Of a DNA stretch of 44,163 nt, positions 38,308 through 44,163 are shown piece by piece; the first letter of the stretch is position 1; each line of letters begins with the position of its first letter. Source of the DNA: a virus. Its lineage: Duplodnaviria; Caudoviricetes. The translations under genes and the position numbers were made by a program. Location: positions 1 to 44,163 of the IMG/VR virus record IMGVR_UViG_3300005713_000007; one strand, written 5' to 3'. The notes under the pieces are model-generated. The model did not search any database and was not told where the DNA came from. It saw only the letters and a list, made by a program, of their open reading frames with translations.

Positions 38308-39649
38308 GCGTATTCTCTAGCTGTCTTGTCAAATCAGAATCTATATTATTACCAGGAGGTGCCGCAGGTGGATGCGCTGCTGTCTCGGCATCACTAGCCT
38401 TAAGCAAGGCCAAGTGATCTTCTTCCAGATCACCATGCGACACAGCTAGCAAACGTGCAACCTCAGGAGTTATCTCTCCGCTCTTAATACGTGCGGCACG
38501 TTCCTGAGCGCGTAACATTCGCCCGCGAGCATGCTGCATATCCTCAACGATGTCTTGATCGCCGAAACTGAAAGTAACGCTGCGCGGCATTATACCTTGA
38601 TAATTAAACTTACTTTCCAGGAGATTCATAAAAAGCCGTGGACCTTTGCCACGGCTTTTAAGATGCAATGTTTCGCTTTGTTGAGCGCTTCCCAGGTTAC
38701 CGCCCGGTAGCGGAGCGAAATCCTGGTAATCCGCACCGAAAGCTAAAGCTAGCACGCTGATGTACCATTTCATCGATGTATCGTAGTCGAAGCCATCAGG
38801 TAAGCTAGCTAGCTCTATAGTTTCTTTGCTAACTTGTGAGGTGGGATCTAAGCTAGCAACGATCACAGGCTGCATATAGCGCGTTAAGCCCGCTGAGTCT
38901 GCGCTGAAGTCCGCACGCCGCATGGCATCTTCTATAGTTTGACGCTGCACACCGCTTATAAGATGCACAGCACGCGGACGACGACCGGAGATTTTCTCCC
39001 TCTGGTACACAAGAAGGTCGCGCATGACTTGCGCGGCTTTAAGCAAGCGCGTTACAACGCAATATTGCATACCGCGAGCTTCTTCTATAGGAGAAGGAAA
39101 TTCTTCGAGAGCCTGAACCTGATAATACTTAAGCTTATGCATAACACCGTCTAGATCCCTGTATATCACAGGTTCCATCGGCCTACCAGTACGTATGCAT
39201 CGATTAGAATCTAAATGCTGTAAAGTTACGACAGGCGCCCTAGGATCATCACTTTCGCGTACGGTTTCGAAGAAGGCACCGTTATCCTGCGTTAGAAGAT
39301 CCGTGAGTATCTTTAAAATCCATGGATTCCAACCGCCGCCGCGCTCCACACCGTTTAATACTTTATCTACTTGCTCAACAACGCGCGTGGGGCCTTTTAA
39401 GCTCCAACCAAACGCAGCGTACCTCGCAACCGTCGTGAAGATAGCACCAGCTAAGAACGGCTCCGTATGCCAGAATTCTCTAAGCTTACGGTCACGCTCT
39501 CGCGGAGCAGTACCCCAAGGCGGTATCTCATCGGCCATACTAGCGAGATAGAATACATAATCGCTAAGACCGCTCGTGTTATCGGGTGGCTGCTTTATAG
39601 AACCGTTTATAGCAGGCTGCGGGGCTGGTGCGCTAGGTATGTTAGGCAT
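38288..39649 (-). CDS. Portal protein
   Basis: Follows TerL; 453 aa; D.L..DNGAFFE.V, AFG...Q.F, G.ITPE.AR. Confidence 0.8.
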   Translation of the reverse strand: MPNIPSAPAPQPAINGSIKQPPDNTSGLSDYVFYLASMADEIPPWGTAPRERDRKLREFWHTEPFLAGAIFTTVARYAAFGWSLKGPTRVVEQVDKVLNGVERGGGWNPWILKILTDLLTQDNGAFFETVRESDDPRAPVVTLQHLDSNRCIRTGRPMEPVIYRDLDGVMHKLKYYQVQALEEFPSPIEEARGMQYCVVTRLLKAAQVMRDLLVYQREKISGRRPRAVHLISGVQRQTIEDAMRRADFSADSAGLTRYMQPVIVASLDPTSQVSKETIELASLPDGFDYDTSMKWYISVLALAFGADYQDFAPLPGGNLGSAQQSETLHLKSRGKGPRLFMNLLESKFNYQGIMPRSVTFSFGDQDIVEDMQHARGRMLRAQERAARIKSGEITPEVARLLAVSHGDLEEDHLALLKASDAETAAHPPAAPPGNNIDSDLTRQLENTHGQTAV

Positions 39650-39755
39650 GGGTCCGCGCCCACAGGAATAGCCTAGCGCAGCGCATTACTAAACTATATC
39701 GCGGGTTTGATAAATGGTTTTGGCTACGCAAGAATGCATTTAGCTGCCTCATCAT
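39642..39755 (-). CDS. 37-aa basic microprotein between TerL and portal (not in ORF track)
   Basis: ATG overlaps the TerL stop (ATGA) and its TAA lies just inside the portal start. Confidence 0.45.
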   Translation of the reverse strand: MMRQLNAFLRSQNHLSNPRYSLVMRCARLFLWARTHA

Positions 39756-41284
39756 AAATTTAGCCTAAGACACTCCGATGCAGCCATACTTATAGCGACG
39801 AGCAAGTCCACCGGAGATTTCTTGTCTTTCTTCTCTATGCGTAGCTTCTCTTGCGTGAGCGCGGTTTTCTTAGCAGCCGCATTCTTAACGAACTGTAGGT
39901 ATTCAGGATTACCGTCGTGTATAAGATGACGGTTTTTTATTAGATCGTATAATTGCTTATCGGCTATAGCACGCGGGTTCTGTTGACCAAATACTTTACA
40001 CCATGCAACCGCATCTTCGGTGAGCTTACTCATCATATGATATAGCTGGAACTGATCGTACGCGATTTGCACGATGTTATAATTCGCGCAATACCAGCGT
40101 ATGGTTTCTTCTACTTCCCTATAATCTATAGTATGCCCAGCACTAAGAGAAGGATACCAAACTCGGTAATCGCGAACGGCCACATCGGTACTTTGCTTGG
40201 ATGGATCGTAGTGTCTCGATACAAGCGCCAAAGCGGTACAGTCGTTGCTAATACTAGCATCAACTCCTAGAACGCAAGGAGTGTTCCTATCACGTAATGC
40301 AGGGAGGTTTGGATCATAGCAAGAAGCCCACCACTCTGGGCGTATAAACTCGTTGAGCGACGACTGCCATTCGTTAAGATGCATACGCTTGAAGTCTACT
40401 TCATCGAGCGTTTGTCGCTCCGATTCGTAGTAAGCGTCTGCTTCTGGACCTTGTTGCCATGGCATACGGCGCGCTTCATAGCCGCTGTCCCAATACATTA
40501 TAAGACGTGCGCGCTCGTTTATCCATATAGGAGGCTGATCGGGGAAACGCCAATCTATGTCGTCATGCGTGAGGCGACGGCCTTCTAAGCCTAGCTTGTA
40601 TAGATCTAGAAGTATGTCGCTCTCATCTTCGTAGCCTGCGTATGTTTCTACGATACGCATGCTTCGCTTACGTATAGGGCTGGTTGTAAGCTCAGCCCAT
40701 AGCTTCTTACCTTTAGGGGTGTTTAAACCCCATAGCTCGGTAAAAGCTACGCACACAGGATTAGCGCCTGCTTCACCGGCGAAATCGTTTGCGATGGCGC
40801 GTACCGTAGAATTGGTTGGTAAATGTACGGCGTGCTTCTCTATAATGCGCCATCTACCAGGAAGCGCGTTACGTGCTTTATCGAAGCCTGGTGTTAACTC
40901 TATACTACTTACCAGGCTGTTATACGTGCGTGAGCGTGCCTGGTTTAAGTCGTTGCCTACAGTAAGTATTTCCGCACGGTGTCCGCTGTGTTCAGCAAGG
41001 TAACGACATACAGCACCGGCCCATGCGCTCTTACCGCTTTTCTTGATCGTGCTGTATATAATTGTTCTAAAGTTATGGGCTTCGTCTAGTGCTAAGTTAG
41101 TGAAGGCGGCCTGGTGTGGTTGTAATTCAATCGTACGGCCTGTTTCTGGTATGTAATAGTTGCGGCTAATCCACGCACTAGGTATAGGAGGCGTCGTTTT
41201 AGCTAAAGTATGCGCGGGAACAGACGCCCGAAAATAGTCACCCAGGATCTTGACCGCGCGTTGTTCCTTGTCGGTGAGTGTCAT
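39752..41284 (-). CDS. terL: Terminase large subunit
   Basis: L.PHQ, STIKKSGKS Walker A, AGANP, AFTELW Walker B variant, LGVDAS..DCTA, AYDQFQ, VDLLVA nuclease motifs. Confidence 0.92.
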   Translation of the reverse strand: MTLTDKEQRAVKILGDYFRASVPAHTLAKTTPPIPSAWISRNYYIPETGRTIELQPHQAAFTNLALDEAHNFRTIIYSTIKKSGKSAWAGAVCRYLAEHSGHRAEILTVGNDLNQARSRTYNSLVSSIELTPGFDKARNALPGRWRIIEKHAVHLPTNSTVRAIANDFAGEAGANPVCVAFTELWGLNTPKGKKLWAELTTSPIRKRSMRIVETYAGYEDESDILLDLYKLGLEGRRLTHDDIDWRFPDQPPIWINERARLIMYWDSGYEARRMPWQQGPEADAYYESERQTLDEVDFKRMHLNEWQSSLNEFIRPEWWASCYDPNLPALRDRNTPCVLGVDASISNDCTALALVSRHYDPSKQSTDVAVRDYRVWYPSLSAGHTIDYREVEETIRWYCANYNIVQIAYDQFQLYHMMSKLTEDAVAWCKVFGQQNPRAIADKQLYDLIKNRHLIHDGNPEYLQFVKNAAAKKTALTQEKLRIEKKDKKSPVDLLVAISMAASECLRLNL

Positions 41285-41637
41285 TTCTTATGAAACAAAC
41301 TTTTCATAGCTTCTTCATAATCTTTGGACTTCACCCAAAGATCGCTTTCTTCCTGTGAAGAATCGAATTCGCCGTCTATAACCCGTTGGGCTAGCTTGTT
41401 AAGCTTTAGCGCGCGTAGTGTGTTTACTAAGTCTATTTCGGGCGTTGCGAGAGCACCGAAGAAATCATGGTAATAGTTGGAGCGTGCTCGACGTATTAAG
41501 AATTTAATAGCTGCGGCTACTTCTTGGCTTCTTAGATTTAAAAGTAGTTCGCCTTCTAATGCGCTAGCGAGAAGCTCGCACGTAGGCAGCGTGCCCAACG
41601 GCTGTCCGTCCTGCGGATCGGTAGGCACGCTGCCCAT
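41281..41637 (-). CDS. Hypothetical protein, paralog of 41642..41992
   Basis: YYHDF...LVNTLRALKLNKLAQRVIDGEFD. Confidence 0.7.
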   Translation of the reverse strand: MGSVPTDPQDGQPLGTLPTCELLASALEGELLLNLRSQEVAAAIKFLIRRARSNYYHDFFGALATPEIDLVNTLRALKLNKLAQRVIDGEFDSSQEESDLWVKSKDYEEAMKSLFHKK

Positions 41638-41641
41638 GCGG

Positions 41642-41992
41642 CTAGCTGTCCCTAGGGTTTAAAGCTAGTTTGCTCTTGTCCATGCCTGCGGACGTACGAA
41701 ACGCAGTGTACCGCACGAAAGTAGATGGATGAGTATAAGGTTTGTTATACCGGGGATTGAAATCTTGTAGTTGTACATGTTGAGCAAGAGCCTTTAGATT
41801 GAGTTTACGCAGCTCCTTGACAACCTCGTAGTCGCTGTGGTATAATCCTTGCACGATGCGCGACTTGATGGCTTCTAGTGCTTCACGGGTTGAGTCGTCT
41901 AAATCTAAATCTTGGGTTTCGGCGTTTATACCGGCTAGCAGCGATTCGGGTGCTGTGCTTACTTGATCGTAAAGAACACCTGGACTAGGCAT
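41642..41992 (-). CDS. Hypothetical protein, paralog of 41281..41637
   Basis: LYHSDY.VVKELRKLNLKALAQHVQLQDFN. Confidence 0.7.
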   Translation of the reverse strand: MPSPGVLYDQVSTAPESLLAGINAETQDLDLDDSTREALEAIKSRIVQGLYHSDYEVVKELRKLNLKALAQHVQLQDFNPRYNKPYTHPSTFVRYTAFRTSAGMDKSKLALNPRDS

Positions 41993-41993
41993 C

Positions 41994-42530
41994 TTAGTTA
42001 CCGTTGAGCATGTTGTGAGGGGCTTGCGTGTTATCCGACGCTACTAGTTCGCCGCGTTCGTTGACGATTATAACTTCACGCAGCGCTTCGGCGATAGGCG
42101 GAGGTACGGCCTTCATGATGTATTCGAAGATATTGATGTTGCTGGTTTGAGTGTTGTTCACTGGTCGCGATAGTGCAGCCATCACTTCGCCTAGCTTAAT
42201 GAACGCCTTGATGCTCTCCTCAGGCTCAAGTTTGACTATACTTTGCATGCTATGGATGTGTAGCGCGCTGAATATGCCTATGATCTTAATTAGAGCGTAT
42301 GCTCGGGTTTTGGCGGCGAATGCGTCTATGCTTGCGTTGTCTGCGCTTAATGTACTAAGTATTTCTTCTTGCTTAAATTTACTTCCTAGGAGTAGCTCGG
42401 CTACTCTCGCCATGTTGCCTTCGTTTTCTAGGATAGCGCGTGTTATGGTATCCATGTCTAAAACCGCCGTAGCGGATGCGGATGTGGCAGTCGGTGTGGC
42501 GTCCGCTGCCTGTGTGCGTGGTATGGTCAT
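41994..42530 (-). CDS. Candidate terminase small subunit
   Basis: HTH-like AILENEGNMARVAELL, helical body, N.NI strand; upstream of TerL. Confidence 0.5.
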   Translation of the reverse strand: MTIPRTQAADATPTATSASATAVLDMDTITRAILENEGNMARVAELLLGSKFKQEEILSTLSADNASIDAFAAKTRAYALIKIIGIFSALHIHSMQSIVKLEPEESIKAFIKLGEVMAALSRPVNNTQTSNINIFEYIMKAVPPPIAEALREVIIVNERGELVASDNTQAPHNMLNGN

Positions 42531-42742
42531 GCGTCTTTTCCCCCTGGGCTACGCGTGTTAGCTGTAGCAGCATTTTGCGTCATGTACGCCGCACGGTAAC
42601 AGTTTATGCATAGCTTATAATCTGCGCCACTAAAACCATGCATATTGCTACCTTGGCTTACTACTAGCCAACATGTCACCCAGACCCCGCATCCCTGGCA
42701 CGAGGCCCGCCGCGCGCGTGCTGAACCCACCGGGTTACTCAC
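42527..42742 (-). CDS. Small C4 zinc-finger protein
   Basis: CQGC...CINC; stop overlaps the next ATG. Confidence 0.55.
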   Translation of the reverse strand: MSNPVGSARARRASCQGCGVWVTCWLVVSQGSNMHGFSGADYKLCINCYRAAYMTQNAATANTRSPGGKDA

Positions 42743-42751
42743 CGCGTTTTC

Positions 42752-42780
42752 ATGTTAGGGTATGAGTGCGGGTTTGTCAA
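42752..42780 (-). promoter_or_regulatory. Sigma70-type promoter for the morphogenesis operon
   Basis: TTGACA (42780-42775), 17-bp spacer, TAACAT (42757-42752) on the - strand. Confidence 0.7.
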
Positions 42781-43219
42781 GAGGGAACATGCGCTAGGAG
42801 TATACCAGTTAGCATGACTACTTTATAGTCTATTTTAACATGGGGTTTAATTAGCGGTTTTGTGGTGGCTCTGGCGGGTTAACAAGAGAATAATGCGGTT
42901 TTAGGCAGCTAAAGTGAGGTTTAGCTAAGGTATGTTTTGGTTTTGTGTGGCTCGGTGCAAGGGTGGATACGCATTTAGCCCGCACTAAATCCTAGTAGGT
43001 TCCATCGCTAAGCTTAGCCTTAGACTTAACTTTATGCCTTCCACGCCACTGCAGTAGCATGGCGTCGTGGTGTCATGCTACCTAGGTACAAGACTACAAG
43101 CAATACTACGCATAGCTCAAGCAGTCCCTAGCTCGGTAGGCTGCTTAAACGCAGCCAAGCCTGCATTCAGAGCTACGGAGCTACGGAGCTAAGCACCCAC
43201 AGAGGTAAGCCTATGCGCC

Positions 43220-43243
43220 AGTATGTTACCTAGGTAACATACT
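43220..43243. repeat. Perfect 24-bp palindrome
   Basis: AGTATGTTACCTAGGTAACATACT. Confidence 0.9.
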
Positions 43244-43315
43244 ACCATGCAGCTTAGGTGCTATACTACCTAGTAGTCACACCAGCCAGTGGACTGGGAA
43301 CCATACCGCTTACTA

Positions 43316-43470
43316 CCCACAATGGTTAGGTACCCCTTTCTAGAGTAAACGAGAAAAATCTATGTATATACACACAAACATACAACGTAGTTAGCTAACG
43401 TGATACCAAGGTGTGTATATACGTAGGAAAACCTCTAGGACTCCGGAAACCCCCATCTAACCATTGTGGG
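43316..43470. repeat. Nested inverted repeats forming a long imperfect hairpin
   Basis: 14-bp (43316-29/43457-70), 6-bp (43340-45/43433-38) and 16-bp with one mismatch (43360-75/43411-26) arms. Confidence 0.85.
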
Positions 43471-43533
43471 GGGTTAGTAGCATGGTACCACGCACCACAC
43501 CCCGTACCACTACTCCGCACCGACTCACCCAAG

Positions 43534-43571
43534 CAATGCTTAGCCTTAGGCTAAGCATTGTACCTAGGTAC
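43534..43571. repeat. Two abutting palindromes
   Basis: CAATGCTTAGCCT-T-AGGCTAAGCATTG (43534-43560) and GTACCTAGGTAC (43560-43571). Confidence 0.85.
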
Positions 43572-43803
43572 TTAGCCACCATGCCACCTTAACGTACGCA
43601 CCCATGCTGCACCATGGCGAAAACGCCCTTATTTTTCATCTGGCGTTCATCTTTAGCCCACCCTAAACGTTAGAGTATTGTATGAGATTTCCAATCTCAA
43701 AATGCCCCGTTACGGCCCTTCACAGCCACCTTTAGCCTTGCCTAATCTAGCCCACGCATGATCTACTGCGCGCGGCGCCACTTGCGCCAGGGAGATAGCC
43801 CGC

Positions 43804-44163
43804 GTGTTCAGCAAGTCAACGCAGACCGCGACTTACACCGCGAGCGAACGCATCAATATCGCCGACGAATACAAGCGACTCGGACTCGGCTCGCGCATCC
43901 AGACGCACACAGGCGGCAGGTACGCAGGGGCAGGCTGCGTACGCTGCCGCGTCGAATTCGAACTAGCCGACCCAATCACTTGGGCACGTCAGGGCGAAAT
44001 GGCGGGCAAGGGTGCGACGCACCAGAACTGCCAGGATCACCACGGTAATGCGACGTTCGCTCGCATGAAGCGCGAGATAGAAACCGAACGCGAGCGGCGC
44101 GCGAACGCAGCCAACACCACGCAGCTAGCTCCGCAGCCGCAGCCACAGCCACAGCCACAGCCA
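43804..44163 (+). CDS. Partial (3'-truncated) protein with CxxC...HxxC zinc motif and PQ linker (not in ORF track)
   Basis: AGGGAG RBS, GTG start, MFSKSTQ...RYAGAGCVRC...ITW...HQNC...PQPQPQP open to the window end. Confidence 0.7.
   Translation, partial: MFSKSTQTATYTASERINIADEYKRLGLGSRIQTHTGGRYAGAGCVRCRVEFELADPITWARQGEMAGKGATHQNCQDHHGNATFARMKREIETERERRANAANTTQLAPQPQPQPQPQP

Noticed and set aside
42743-43800. tRNA genes in the non-coding region
   Set aside because: No convincing cloverleaf with a T-loop GTTC.A found by eye; tRNAscan-SE or ARAGORN would be decisive
43758-44048. 96-aa Arg-rich ORF in the track
   Set aside because: The overlapping frame from GTG 43804 has a better RBS and a coherent zinc motif; this one looks like an off-frame shadow
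44133-44163. CAGCCA/CAGCCG hexamer run at the window end, as a terminal repeat or CRISPR
   Set aside because: Encodes a PQPQ linker in the truncated ORF; no spacers, and no matching repeat at the left end
1-44163. Stop-codon reassignment suggested by frequent TAG
   Set aside because: Known genes are full length under code 11, and TAG stops abut the next gene starts

Overview
This is a large (possibly near-complete) fragment of a tailed dsDNA siphophage genome in two convergent blocks; ORFs run off both ends. The + strand (1-12.7 kb) carries small CxxC zinc-finger ORFs, a PD-(D/E)XK exonuclease/Sak4-like ATPase/SSB recombination trio, a primase-helicase, an RHH regulator, a family A DNA polymerase fused to a UDG-like domain, an HNH-AP2 endonuclease, a RuvC-like resolvase, an MT-A70 methyltransferase and a MazG-like pyrophosphatase. 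Unusually, it also carries two tail-tip-like genes. The - strand (42.7 to 12.75 kb) is the morphogenesis operon: terminase, portal, a ChaB/HiPIP-like/protease/scaffold multidomain protein, major capsid protein, a glycosylation cassette (sugar 4,6-dehydratase, GT2, GT4-GT2-GT2, DUF1360-like), adaptor, a tail-tube-position protein fused to an Asp-box beta-propeller, +1-frameshift tail chaperones, tape measure, Dit and several fibre/receptor-binding proteins. A 1-kb non-coding control region (42.75-43.8 kb) holds a near-consensus sigma70 promoter, large palindromes and a nested long hairpin. The best candidate for a new system is a self-contained virion glycosylation module, preceded by a structured RNA and with a possible targeting domain on the triple glycosyltransferase. 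No integrase, tRNA, CRISPR array or endolysin was recognised. All product calls come from by-eye motif recognition and synteny; no database searches were run.
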